Below are positions 45,056-55,752 of a stretch of 64,000 nt of DNA, in pieces (position 1 is the first letter of the stretch; each line of letters begins with the position of its first letter). The stretch spans positions 1,344,001 through 1,408,000 of the forward strand of contig CP067995.1 in NCBI GenBank assembly GCA_045159875.1. Reading direction: 5' to 3'. The stretch comes from a cyanobacterium endosymbiont of Rhopalodia gibba (GTDB lineage Bacteria; Cyanobacteriota; Cyanobacteriia; Cyanobacteriales; Microcystaceae). The notes under the pieces are model-generated. The model ran no database searches. It saw nothing but the letters and a program-made list of their open reading frames with translations, and was not told the origin of the DNA. The translations under genes and the position numbers were made by a program.

Positions 45056-46987
45056 TTAATGATTAGTTTCGATAACGAGATCATTTGTTAGTGGACCGGC
45101 AGACTTAGAGGGGGTAGGAGGCTTTTTCACGGAATAAGGAGTAGAAGGAGTAGGAGGGTTAAGTGCTCTTTGCCAAACTCTGATTTGAGTTTGAGCCCCA
45201 TGATAGGAAGTACTCTCAGCTGGAATGATCTGGGCAAGATCAATGGCTTCTTGGAACAAATCTTTGCGAGCCTTATCTTCGGCAATAGACAACAGTTGAT
45301 AACTCCATCGGTTGAGGGCTTGTCGGCTTCGATTACTAAGCTGAGTAGAGCCGGGAATTTTACGGATGACCTCAATGGCTGATCCCAAGGCTTGAGATGT
45401 TCCTCCTTGGGCCATGAGATAAGCTTCTTGAAAATCCTTTTGAGCTTTAATTTCTTGTTGCCACTGACGGATTTTATTTTGGGCTTCTCGAAAGAGAACC
45501 CGACCTCGGTCAATTTGTCTAGCAGCCTGAATTGCGCCATTATAATTTTTGGAATTTCCTAAAAAGATAGCTTGCTCAAGAATCGGTTGATCTTCTTGCC
45601 GTTGAATACTCGCACGCCACTGATGAATACTTCTTTGTGCTTCATCATAAAGAGTTCGGTTAAAAGTAATCAGACTAGCTTTAGTGATCGCTTCTTGTAA
45701 AGCCACAACAGTTCCCCCACGGACAATATCTTGAGCTTGATCTAAAATTGCTCGATCTTCAACTCGTTGAACCTCCAGAATCCAGGCTTGAATTTTTTGA
45801 CGTACTTCTTGGTAGCGAGGGTTGCCCGAAGGAATTAATTCGGCATAGGCAATTGCGGCATTTAAGTCGTTAATAGTTCCCCCGCGGGCTAAGTTTTGAG
45901 CTTCTTTAAAACGGGTAACATCCTCGATTTCGAGCTGCCAACGATTAATTAAATCTTGGGCTTTTTGGTATAAAGGACGATTAGCGTCAATTACTTGGGC
46001 TGAAGTAATTGCTATTTCTAGGCTTTCTACCGTACCTATTTTTGCTTCCATACCTGCATTGGACAAAGCTTTCCAGTCATCAATCTCTTCTGTTAGTAAA
46101 AGGCTCTGGGGGAGGCGATTAACCACATCGAGGAGGGGTTGCCAACGACGAGCTTCTAATAACCCTTCGATATGATTGACTAGCTTGTTTTTAGCATTCT
46201 CAATTAAGTTTTGGGCTTCTCGGTGCGCGTAACTGTTGTTAGAAATTTTTTTGGCATCAGCAATCGCTGTCAGCCAATTATCGACTCCTCCTCGAAGGAA
46301 TATCCGATAGGCTTTACTAAGTCTCTTGTTTTCTTCTTGGGCTAATTGAATTTGTTTAACAGTTGTATCGTATTCGGTTGTTGCCCAATATTTGTTTGGT
46401 AGACTCAGCAGTTTAACGGCTGAACGGAAGGCCTTATTCCATTCTGATTTTCGTAGTCTTTCTTCAACTTCGGCAAAAATTTCTTCTCCTTTTTGCCACA
46501 GTGATCGCCATTTTTCAATTCTTTCTTCAACCACATTATAAACTTGAACGTGACTAGGAACTTTACGAGCGATAGTGATAGCCTCTTGGAGTTGTCCACT
46601 TTGGAATTTTTCTTCAGCGATATCGAGAATAGCGATCGCCCATTCCTCTACACTCTTGTTGATTTCACTTCGCAGGGAATGATCTGAGGGTAAGGCTTCT
46701 ACTAGATTGATAGCTTTGAGTAAACTGTCTACGGTTCCTTCAGCTGCTTCAAGTTGAGCACAATAGATCCGCATCGAGGCTGAGGCGATTGGCCAGAAAA
46801 TCCTAGTACATTGGGGAGATTTTGGCAATTTAAGTAACATAGAAGTGGCAGTAAATCCTACCATTCCCGATGCAAAAATCAGGGCAATTATCCATAGTTG
46901 CCAAGGTAATTTACCCAAGTTCAAAACAACTTTATTTTTATCGTAAAATTCTTTGACTGCGATTAGCGATTTAGTAGATTGATTCAT
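45056..46987 (-). CDS. Conserved cyanobacterial membrane-anchored alpha-helical repeat protein of unknown function
   Basis: 643 aa with an N-terminal TM, C..IFWPIASASMRIYCAQ, and repeated AI..A..I...P.Y..AQ..I..W units. Confidence 0.75.
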   Translation of the reverse strand: MNQSTKSLIAVKEFYDKNKVVLNLGKLPWQLWIIALIFASGMVGFTATSMLLKLPKSPQCTRIFWPIASASMRIYCAQLEAAEGTVDSLLKAINLVEALPSDHSLRSEINKSVEEWAIAILDIAEEKFQSGQLQEAITIARKVPSHVQVYNVVEERIEKWRSLWQKGEEIFAEVEERLRKSEWNKAFRSAVKLLSLPNKYWATTEYDTTVKQIQLAQEENKRLSKAYRIFLRGGVDNWLTAIADAKKISNNSYAHREAQNLIENAKNKLVNHIEGLLEARRWQPLLDVVNRLPQSLLLTEEIDDWKALSNAGMEAKIGTVESLEIAITSAQVIDANRPLYQKAQDLINRWQLEIEDVTRFKEAQNLARGGTINDLNAAIAYAELIPSGNPRYQEVRQKIQAWILEVQRVEDRAILDQAQDIVRGGTVVALQEAITKASLITFNRTLYDEAQRSIHQWRASIQRQEDQPILEQAIFLGNSKNYNGAIQAARQIDRGRVLFREAQNKIRQWQQEIKAQKDFQEAYLMAQGGTSQALGSAIEVIRKIPGSTQLSNRSRQALNRWSYQLLSIAEDKARKDLFQEAIDLAQIIPAESTSYHGAQTQIRVWQRALNPPTPSTPYSVKKPPTPSKSAGPLTNDLVIETNH

Positions 46988-47237
46988 AGCTCAAGAGACC
47001 ATAATACCTTGATGTTTCTTCATCACCCACAAAGGTTTCGTTGGTCATTATCCCTAAATTCTTCTGAAGTGGCAAATCATAACCGAATAATCTTGAGACA
47101 TTCCGAGTTTCTGTCAAAACTTAGTGGTCTTTAGGGGATGATTCATTATAGATTAAGAACTGACGTATCTTTCAAAAGATACTGGCCTTTTGAGTATTTG
47201 TTGTATTGTGATTACAGTTTTACCCAATCATTTGATT

Positions 47238-47672
47238 ATGGCAGAAGAAACTACTCCTAACGCTGAACTAACAGCTAAAAAAAAGGGGAAACCCCCTGCT
47301 CTTGAAGATAAACCTTTTACTGAATTTATGGAGCAGCATTTTACCCCAACTTTGTACAAAAAATTGACTGAAACGGGACTAATTGATATTGAATTATCTT
47401 TTTCTCAGGGAAAATCAGCTATTCCTGGTGTTAATACTAACGAGCCATATTGGCAGGTTATTGGAACTTGGAATAGGGGTCAACGTCAGTTTAACTTATA
47501 CTTTCTAGAAGAAGATATTAACGGATCTAAAACTTTTTCCTATGGGGTTAATGGACTTCCTCCAAGTACCATTGAGTCGTTTATGATTGATGAACGAAAA
47601 GTAACTTTAGATTTAATGGTATTGTATACGTTACAACGCCTTAACGGTCAAAAGTGGCTCACTCGTAATTAA
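47238..47672 (+). CDS. ndhV: DUF2996 protein, NDH-1 subunit NdhV
   Basis: KPPALEDKPFTEFMEQHFTP, RQFNLYFLEEDING and STIESFMIDERKVTLDLMVLYTLQRLNGQKWL. ATG 47238 preferred. Confidence 0.8.
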   Translation: MAEETTPNAELTAKKKGKPPALEDKPFTEFMEQHFTPTLYKKLTETGLIDIELSFSQGKSAIPGVNTNEPYWQVIGTWNRGQRQFNLYFLEEDINGSKTFSYGVNGLPPSTIESFMIDERKVTLDLMVLYTLQRLNGQKWLTRN

Positions 47673-47714
47673 TTCCAATCCTCTTTAACGGGTAACTTGC
47701 TGGAGGCAAGTTCT

Positions 47715-47759
47715 AACAAGACCAAAGGGCATAAATATTGTATGCCTTTTGGTCTTGTT
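47715..47759 (+). terminator. 19-bp hairpin downstream of ndhV
   Basis: AACAAGACCAAAGGGCATA-AATATTG-TATGCCTTTTGGTCTTGTT, with one G.T pair. Confidence 0.6.
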
Positions 47760-48073
47760 CATTCATAAGGAAGGATTATGTTAACAACAAGTCAAGCCAT
47801 TAATCATAGATGAATTGTTTGATAATTTTCTAGCTTATCAAGCTAAGCCTAAAGACACTTAAGAGTGGGTAAATATCTAAGAGATATACACCACCGTGTG
47901 TGCATGTAAAAGGCAATGTTTTTGACAATGTCAGATGTCTTAATACCGTCCTCGACCAGAGTCAGATATCATTGAATCATTAACTACCTTAAAAAACGAC
48001 AAAATTTTTTCTGAATGTTTTTTGATAGAGAGTCTCTCGAAAGAGACTATTTTTATTCTGGAGGTATTACCCC

Positions 48074-49255
48074 ATGGAATTTGTTTGCAGTCAAGGTGAA
48101 CTTAACAATAACCTTTCTCTAGTCAGTCGTGCTGTTCCTTCCCGTCCCACCCACCCTGTGTTAGGCAATGTATTAGTAGTGGTGGATGCCGACAAAGGAC
48201 GAGTTAGCCTTACTGCTTTCGATCTCAGTTTAGGCATTGAAACCAGCTTTAGTGCTGATGTTAAACAAGGAGGAAAAATTACCCTGCCAGCTAAATTGCT
48301 CAATGACCTTGTTTCACGACTTCCAGAGGGAGAAATTACCTTTATCACTAACAAAGATGCTCTAGAGAACGACAACCAGTTAATTATCCTCAAATCTGCA
48401 TCAGGACAGTTTCAACTACAAACTATGAGTGCTGAAGAATTTCCTGAACTTCCTACAGTAGAAAAAGGAGACACCCTTAAATTACCTATCGCCATGTTAA
48501 CCGAAGGGTTAAAAGGATCTTTATTTGCCGCCAGTAGTGATGAAACTAAACAAGTTTTAACAGGAGTTCATGTTGCCGGAACTCTTGATGGTTTGGAATT
48601 CGCCGCCACTGATGGACACCGTTTAGCAGTGGTAAAAACCCCTCTACCAACTGAAACAGATGGGGAAGAAGAGGCAAAAGGAATACCTGAAGGAGATTTT
48701 ACAGAATTTGCGGTCACTATTCCGTCCAGAGCTTTACGGGAATTAGAGCGGATGTTTGGTAATCGTCAGGGGACAGATACAGTAACCTTATATGTGGACA
48801 ATGCTCAGATAGTGTTTGAATTAGGAGAACAGCGGCTCACCAGTCGTAAATTAGATGGAACATACCCCTCCTATGATCAACTAATCCCCCTTCAATTTGC
48901 ACGGACAGTGAGTCTAGATCGAAAGCGATTTATAAGTAGTCTTGAACGCGTAGCTGTATTAGCCGATCAAAGAAATAATTTAGTTAAATGTACGATTGAT
49001 GAAGAAAAAGGGCAAATATCGTTATTGGTAGAAGCGCAGGGCTTGGGCAAGGCTAAGGAATCTATACCGGCCCAAATTACCGGAGAAAGCGGCGATGTTG
49101 CTTTTAACGTTAAATATCTGATGGATGGACTCAAAGCGTTACCAACCAAAGAATTTCAGATGCAATTAAATGCAAGTAATCAACCCGTAATCTTAACTCC
49201 TTTAGGAGGAATAAAAATGATCTATCTAGTGATGCCTGTACAGATTGTACGATAA
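48074..49255 (+). CDS. dnaN: DNA polymerase III beta sliding clamp
   Basis: SRAVPSRPTHPVL, AFDLSLGI, AATDGHRLA, FNVKYLMDGL and YLVMPV motifs. RBS GGAGG. Confidence 0.97.
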   Translation: MEFVCSQGELNNNLSLVSRAVPSRPTHPVLGNVLVVVDADKGRVSLTAFDLSLGIETSFSADVKQGGKITLPAKLLNDLVSRLPEGEITFITNKDALENDNQLIILKSASGQFQLQTMSAEEFPELPTVEKGDTLKLPIAMLTEGLKGSLFAASSDETKQVLTGVHVAGTLDGLEFAATDGHRLAVVKTPLPTETDGEEEAKGIPEGDFTEFAVTIPSRALRELERMFGNRQGTDTVTLYVDNAQIVFELGEQRLTSRKLDGTYPSYDQLIPLQFARTVSLDRKRFISSLERVAVLADQRNNLVKCTIDEEKGQISLLVEAQGLGKAKESIPAQITGESGDVAFNVKYLMDGLKALPTKEFQMQLNASNQPVILTPLGGIKMIYLVMPVQIVR

Positions 49256-49429
49256 GCTTAAGCTGTTCACTATGCTAATACCAAACTCAATTATAAAAGT
49301 TGACTTATAAATTTCTTTCTTGGAAACTCTCCACTCCGAAGCCCTCTGCTCTAGCAAAGAGAAAATATGGGGTCCAAGTTCAGTATCAACCCTGTCTAGT
49401 TGAATGGAATTGATCAAAATTTGTATAAT

Positions 49430-50150
49430 TCAGTCAAAAATGCTACAATTAGATTAAAACAAATAGCAAGCTTAAACAAAAAATATTTATAAATGACTAA
49501 ATAGTCATTCCGTTGAGAGAAAAGAGATGCCGTTCTTATTTAAAAAAAGGTAAAATTATGACTATTGTGATTTCTCTTTGCAGCTGAAAACATAAAATCT
49601 GTGATTGGTAAAATCCATTACAGGTCTTTCCTAATTGCAGAAAAGCACTTCTTAAATCGGGTCAGCTATAGTTGCCAGTTAGCTATAATTGTTCCGTGAG
49701 GCTTATGCTCTGGGCAGTGACGTTGCTGGACTATTTTTTCCAGACTTATAAAGAAAAAATCATAGAAATTAGTTGCATCAATTCTGCTCTAATCGAAGTT
49801 TTCCATCAAGCTTAAAGTGGAGCACATACCAAGTTTTTAAAAGTTTAATCGAATGAAACCAAAATGTTATAGGATGGCATTACGGATTCAAACTACGTTT
49901 AATTATAAATTGCTATGGTCAATACTTAATTGACAAATGGTTTAGAGACTAAGAAGAATATATTGTTCAAAAATGCTTTGACAAGTCATATAAACAAGGA
50001 TATCAAGTAACTCTTCCTCATTAACAGAAGATGAGGCAACATTTAGTGAAATCGATCAATACATACAATTTAACTTAGCAAGTGTTATTTGATTAAAACG
50101 ATTAACTTAAAAATATCTCTCGGATTTAATTTCTAGGAAATTAAAGTGTT
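49430..50150 (+). mobile_element. IS982-family transposase fossil (copy 3)
   Basis: KIMTIVIS..LQVFPNCRKA..VSYNCSVRLMLWAV..EISCINSALIEVFH..GWHYGFKLRLIIN..QKMRQHLVK..LKNISRI. The GWHYGFKL segment is the IS982 GWxxGFKLH hallmark. Confidence 0.85.
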
Positions 50151-50399
50151 TGGAACTGTTTTTTTACTTTTTTTATTCGATTGACTGCTTATACATAATT
50201 TATATAAAAAACTTATTACAATTAAGGTAGAAGGATAGTCTGAGCTTGTATTTTTTTGTTTGTAAACAAAGAATACAGTCCTAATTGTTGACGATTACTA
50301 TTCTAGGTGATGGTTAACTTCCTTGCATTGCATTCATAAAAACTCCTTCACTTGCTTATCCTCCGTAAGGAAAAGCGGCAACGAAACTAGATGTACCAA

Positions 50400-50690
50400 G
50401 TAATTCAGTATGAAGCATCTTTTTTTGATTAAGTTAAGTGTTAAATTAAACGACATATGGGAGGGATACTAACTTTAACACCTATTTTGTCTTGTAAGTA
50501 AGTGCTTAGTTCTTGCACAATAGCATCGTTATTTTGTTCTAGCAATCCATAACATCAAGTTATTCTGTCTCAATTGAAGGAAGTTTTCCTCTGCTGTGAG
50601 AGAACAATTGTGTGCTTGTCATTACTTCCTAAAGTCTAAAGAGACAATTAACAAAAATAATTGACTCAAAAACGTTTTACCCACCTTCCA
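50400..50690 (-). mobile_element. IS630-family transposase fossil (N-terminal HTH part)
   Basis: Minus strand VKRF*V...NNDAIVQELSTYLQDKIGVKVSIPPICRLI..KKMLHTE (compare NNDATLxEL..L..KTGVKVS..TM.R....KKTLHA). Confidence 0.65.
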
Positions 50691-50986
50691 TGTAATGGAA
50701 AGCCGCCGTTATCAAACCTTGAAACCAAGGCTTATAAAATATTTGAAAGACTTGAAAAAATTCTTATAGTTAAGCTGGAGTTTAGATGCAAACCTTGATT
50801 TGCTGTCGCTGAAGTCGAGGTAGTTGACGAGATTACATAACCCACCTGACAAATGTTGAAGATGATGTTAAAATAATTGCTCCAAGACGCAGCGTCCCCC
50901 CAAGGCTGACTAGAATTTAGATCTGAGTCTAACTTTGTAATTAATCTCAACCATAATTAAATTAAGTATTCATAACATTAAATAAC

Positions 50987-53413
50987 ATGGTGCAACTGTC
51001 CCCCAAAACTCAAGAAACTCCTTCCCAACTTAAGACAGAAACCGTTGTCTTAGACGTACACGAGATGAAGTGTGCCGGATGTGTCAAAGCAGTGGAAAGG
51101 CAGTTAAGTCAACAGTTTGGGGTCATATCTGCCTGTGTTAACCTAATTACCGAAGTTGCCGTTGTTGAATATGAATTGGGGAAAGTTCAACCCCAAGCTC
51201 TAGCTGATAAACTGACTAGCGTTGGCTTTTCCGCTAATTTAAGGAACTCGTCAAAGCCGATCTTAAGCCTAACCCATTCGAATGCAGCTAGACGGAAGGA
51301 AAAACAAAAGCGACAATATCAATGGAAACTGACTACTGCTGCAATCTTATTAGTGTTTTCAGGGCTAGGACACCTACAACATTTAGGAAGTCTTACGATT
51401 CCCCTGCTCAGTAATGTATGGTTCCATGGGGGGCTGGCCACTTTAGCCTTATCAATTCCTGGACGAGAAATTATTATCGATGGTTGGCGGGGATTACGTT
51501 ACGGGATGGCCAATATGAATACCCTAGTGGGATTAGGAACAGTAAGTGCCTATGTTGCAAGTTTAATCGCCTTGTTATTTCCCCATTTGGGGTGGGAATG
51601 TTTCTTTGATGAGCCTGTCATGCTCTTGGGGTTTATTTTATTGGGACGCACCTTAGAAGGACAGGCAAGAAACCGTGCCTCCGATGCCTTAGAAGCTTTA
51701 ATTGCTTTACAACCGTCTGTCGCCCGTTTGATCGGTGATCCCTTGACAGAAGATACTTCTAGCATCGAAATTCCTGTTGAACAAGTGCAGATGGGAGAAT
51801 GGATCCGGGTTCTCCCAGGGGAAAAGATTCCTGTTGACGGAGAAGTAGTGACAGGAGAAACCCTTATAAATGAATCGTTAGTCACAGGGGAATCGGTACT
51901 AATTCCTAAACAAGCTAAAGATAAGGTGATTGCCGGAACCCTTAACCAGTCAGGAGCGATCACCATTAAAACAACCCATGTCGGAAACGATACCACTTTA
52001 GCCCGGATTATTACCTCTGTTGAAGATGCCCAAACTCGCAAAGCTCCCATTCAAAAATTTGTTGATACAGTTGCTGGTTATTTTGCTTATGGGGTGATGG
52101 TGCTTGCCTTACTGACTTTAGTATTTTGGCTAGTGGTCGGAACAAAAATCTATCCTCAGGTCTTGGAAATGACCAGTCATAGCCACTCAATAGGAGTTCA
52201 AAAAACAGAAGTTGCCTTCTTGTCATCTCCTCTTCCTCTTTCCTCTTCTCCCATGTTATTAAGTATAAGGTTAGCGATCGCTGTTTTAGTAGTAGCTTGT
52301 CCCTGTGCTTTGGGGTTAGCGACTCCTACCGCTATTTTAGTGGGAACAGGGATCGGAGCCGAACGGGGGTTATTGATCAAAGGAGGAGATGTCTTAGAAA
52401 AGGTGCATCAACTTGATACTATTGTGTTTGATAAAACAGGAACTTTAACTTTCGGATGTCCGAAGGTAACCGACTGTATTCCCCTAACCCCAATTAGCCC
52501 TCAAAGACTGCTACAATTGGCTGCAACGATTGAAAGTGGCACGAATCATCCCCTAGCGACCGCTATTTTAGAAGAAGCTCAACGTCAGAAATTGCTTCTC
52601 CTGAAGGCTGAGCATTTTCAAACTCAAGCAGGACTGGGGGTAAGTGCAATAGTTGAAGGAAAATCGGTTTTATTAGGTCACAAAGACTGGTTGAAAGAAC
52701 AGGGTATTATCTTAAACGAAGAACAAGCCTTAATCAAAGAAGACAAAACCCTAGTTTATGTAGTACTTGAGAAGGAAGTACAGGGAGTTATCGTCCTCGA
52801 AGATACCTTACGTCCTGATGCAAAAGAAACCATAACCCGTCTTCAAGAAAAGGGACTAGAGGTTATTTTAGTAACAGGCGACCGCCAGATTGTTGCCGAG
52901 TCCATCGCCCAACAACTGGGCATTAATCAAGTATTTGCCCAAGTTCGACCTAATGAAAAAGCTATTATCATCCACTCTCTTCAACAACAGAAGACCAAAG
53001 ATCAAATGTCTTCTCTTTTAGTCTCTCACCCCGGATTCAAAAAAGTTGCTATGGTTGGAGACGGTATTAACGATGCTCCAGCATTGGCTCAAGCAGACTT
53101 AGGAGTGTCCTTGCAAGGAGCTACAGAAGTAGCTTTAGATACAGCAGATATTGTCTTGATGGGAACACATTTATTATCAGTGGTTCAAGCCATTGACCTG
53201 AGTTTAGCGACCTTCAATAAAATCCGTCAAAATCTCTTTTGGGCTTTAGGGTACAATCTTCTAGCCATTCCAATTGCCGCAGGTATCCTACTACCAACCC
53301 TAGGAGTCAGTGTTAGTCCGGCTTTAGCGGGAGGGTTAATGGCTTGTAGTTCCATTACTGTAGTCACGAATTCCCTATTATTGCGTCGTCAATTTCCAAA
53401 TCAATCCGACTAG
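50987..53413 (+). CDS. ctaA: Cu(I)-transporting P1B-type ATPase, CtaA type
   Basis: MVQLSP N-terminus, HMA motif MKCAGC, TGES, CPC, DKTGT, HP, GDGINDAP and YN motifs. Confidence 0.88.
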   Translation: MVQLSPKTQETPSQLKTETVVLDVHEMKCAGCVKAVERQLSQQFGVISACVNLITEVAVVEYELGKVQPQALADKLTSVGFSANLRNSSKPILSLTHSNAARRKEKQKRQYQWKLTTAAILLVFSGLGHLQHLGSLTIPLLSNVWFHGGLATLALSIPGREIIIDGWRGLRYGMANMNTLVGLGTVSAYVASLIALLFPHLGWECFFDEPVMLLGFILLGRTLEGQARNRASDALEALIALQPSVARLIGDPLTEDTSSIEIPVEQVQMGEWIRVLPGEKIPVDGEVVTGETLINESLVTGESVLIPKQAKDKVIAGTLNQSGAITIKTTHVGNDTTLARIITSVEDAQTRKAPIQKFVDTVAGYFAYGVMVLALLTLVFWLVVGTKIYPQVLEMTSHSHSIGVQKTEVAFLSSPLPLSSSPMLLSIRLAIAVLVVACPCALGLATPTAILVGTGIGAERGLLIKGGDVLEKVHQLDTIVFDKTGTLTFGCPKVTDCIPLTPISPQRLLQLAATIESGTNHPLATAILEEAQRQKLLLLKAEHFQTQAGLGVSAIVEGKSVLLGHKDWLKEQGIILNEEQALIKEDKTLVYVVLEKEVQGVIVLEDTLRPDAKETITRLQEKGLEVILVTGDRQIVAESIAQQLGINQVFAQVRPNEKAIIIHSLQQQKTKDQMSSLLVSHPGFKKVAMVGDGINDAPALAQADLGVSLQGATEVALDTADIVLMGTHLLSVVQAIDLSLATFNKIRQNLFWALGYNLLAIPIAAGILLPTLGVSVSPALAGGLMACSSITVVTNSLLLRRQFPNQSD

Positions 53414-53426
53414 TGACTTAGATTAT

Positions 53427-53486
53427 GGGAAACTTCATCTCATCTGTCTGGGAGAGCCTGATGAGATGAAGTTTCCCCCCCCCCCC
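53427..53486. terminator. Perfect 18-bp hairpin between convergent genes, running into a C12 tract
   Basis: GGGAAACTTCATCTCATC-15 nt-GATGAGATGAAGTTTCCC, with a C run at 53475-53486. Confidence 0.7.
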
Positions 53487-53521
53487 GAATTTTTGCTCAC
53501 TTTTGATGTACTTGATAATAA

Positions 53522-53869
53522 TTAACTTGTAGCAGAGGCAACTAAATGCCATTGTTGATGTTGACTGATTATTTCCTGAATCTGTTCAAATCGTTGTTGA
53601 CAATGGTTAGTAACTTGTAATGGTAATTCATCATTTTTGATCACCCAAGTAATAGGAACCTCATCACTCTTTGCTTTAGTACTATCAATCAGAATTTCCA
53701 CTGTCACTAATTTAGAGAAAACTACCTGACCGGGAATTTCTCGTGCCATTATATAATCCGTTGCATGGTAAACTGATTCGAGTCCACACGATTGTAAAAC
53801 TCTGTCGATTGCTTGTGGGAGTTGGTCTAAAGGCAAACTAACTAGATAAGAAGAAGTATATCGAGCCAT
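53522..53869 (-). CDS. Conserved cyanobacterial hypothetical protein
   Basis: 115 aa: MARYT..DYIMAREIPGQVVFSKLVTVEILID..KNDELPL..NHC. Divergent from holB. Confidence 0.8.
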   Translation of the reverse strand: MARYTSSYLVSLPLDQLPQAIDRVLQSCGLESVYHATDYIMAREIPGQVVFSKLVTVEILIDSTKAKSDEVPITWVIKNDELPLQVTNHCQQRFEQIQEIISQHQQWHLVASATS

Positions 53870-53927
53870 AAATCTAAAATTCCTAATTTTAAGATAGATT
53901 AATTCAAACTGTTGCCTGTTATCTTAT

Positions 53928-54887
53928 ATGAATATCAACCCTTTTCAGCAACTAATCGGACAGCCTCAAGCCGTTGAATTGTTAGAACAAGTCATCGCCA
54001 AAAACCGGGTTGCACCAGCATACCTGTTTACCGGTCCTGCTGGTGTTGGACGTAGTTTAGGGGCTAAATGCTTCAGCGAAGCTTTGTTATGCGTCAACCT
54101 TCCTCCTAAACAACAATTATTAGTTCAAAAACGCATCAGAAAAAGAAATCATCCCGATTTGTTGTGGGTAGAACCAACTTATCAATACCAAGGTCAATTA
54201 ATTACAGTTCAAGAAGCTAAAAATTTAGGAATAATCCGCAAAATTACTCCACAAATTCGGATTGAGCAGATCAGAGAAGTTACCCGATTTCTTAACCGTC
54301 CTCCCCTAGAAGCTCCTCGAGCTTTAGTCATTATTGAAGATGCTCAAACTATGACAGAAGCAGCTGCTAATGGATTATTAAAAACTTTAGAGGAACCAGG
54401 ACAAGCTACTTTAATTCTACTAGCTCTTCGTACAGATGAGCTTATCCAAACTTTAGTATCTCGTTGTCAAAAAATTCCTTTCTATCGGTTATCTTCTGAA
54501 GATTTAATTAATGTTTTTAAAAAAAAAGGAACCGAAGAAATTTTAAAAAATCTAGATATAATGGACATGTCCCAAGGAAGTCCAGGAGAAGCAATTGTCG
54601 CTAATCAACAATTACAGAATATCCCAAAAGAACTGTATCAAAGAATAAAAAACATACCTTACAATCAAATTGAAGCATTAGAATTGTCGAAGATTATTGT
54701 TGAAAAAATAGACATTCAAACTCAACTATGGTTAATTAAATATCTACAATATTATTTTTGGATAAAATTTCAAAATGAAAAAATATTAGAAATTTTGGAA
54801 AAATCTCGTCTCTATCTTTTGAGTTATGTACAATCTAAATTAGTTTGGGAATGTTTGTTATTAGAAATACTTTCTGTCCACTCTTAA
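53928..54887 (+). CDS. holB: DNA polymerase III subunit delta'
   Basis: APAYLFTGPAGVGR, NHPDLLWVEP, IRIEQIR, AANGLLKTLEEP and TLVSRCQ motifs. Confidence 0.94.
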   Translation: MNINPFQQLIGQPQAVELLEQVIAKNRVAPAYLFTGPAGVGRSLGAKCFSEALLCVNLPPKQQLLVQKRIRKRNHPDLLWVEPTYQYQGQLITVQEAKNLGIIRKITPQIRIEQIREVTRFLNRPPLEAPRALVIIEDAQTMTEAAANGLLKTLEEPGQATLILLALRTDELIQTLVSRCQKIPFYRLSSEDLINVFKKKGTEEILKNLDIMDMSQGSPGEAIVANQQLQNIPKELYQRIKNIPYNQIEALELSKIIVEKIDIQTQLWLIKYLQYYFWIKFQNEKILEILEKSRLYLLSYVQSKLVWECLLLEILSVHS

Positions 54888-54962
54888 GTCAACTGTTAGA
54901 AAATCTTATTTATTCACCTCTCGTGTCATTTTATTAAACTAAAATTGTAAAAGTAAAATTTC

Positions 54963-55681
54963 ATGTGTCTAAAACTTGAGCAATACATGGGTATTGTTTG
55001 TTGTCACTCAAGGTAAATACTCTAACTGCAAGAAGCTGATTCACTATAACCAAATACAAAAAACTTATAGTATAAAGACTTTATTCCAATTAAGGCAACT
55101 TGACTGACAATTTTCTTGATAAAGACTTTACTAAATTGCTAGATGACTTAGGCATTAAGCTTGAGTTATCGAAATATAATAGAAAACTTGATGAATCGGT
55201 AAGTTGATTTGATTCAGGACTGTCACAATCGACAACTCATTCCCCGTCAATCTCTTTATCTTTAACCTAAATGATTAGCAAATGATTAAGAAGATTGTGA
55301 AAAAATAGCTTCTGATATACCGATTTGGTATTCTGTGACATTCAAATGCTATTCATGAGCGGTTTAGAATTCTTGCCCAACATGTAAGATTCACAATTAG
55401 CAGAAATTCTCGTAGCTTTACAGACTTGATGATGGGTTAATTATTACCATCAAGTAGCTGCTAAATTAGGGGAAGGTGGTTACTTTGCTTAATCATGTTC
55501 CTAGTTAAATAGTTCTCAACCAATGCTTGCAGAAGTTAAAGAAACGACAACAAACACCGCAAATACTATGGATTACAAAAACAACCCTATACTAATTAGA
55601 GAAGAAGTTCTACTTGATTTTACTGAGCGGTTAATGAAAGATGAGATTTTATTAGATCTCAATGGTTTGATAGAAAGTTAA
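54963..55681 (+). pseudogene. Probable pseudogene of an unidentified conserved protein upstream of the cupin gene
   Basis: ATG MCLKLEQYMGIV, and interrupted protein-like blocks NFLDKDFTKLLDDLGI, DGVNYYHQVAAKLG and REEVLLDFTERLMKDEILLDLNGLIES*, ending about 70 nt before the cupin ATG. Confidence 0.45.
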
Positions 55682-55752
55682 ATACATTCATCAGTTAACA
55701 TTGGTTAAAAGAGAAGACAATTCTCTAGAAGTTACTCAAATAAATAGAACAA

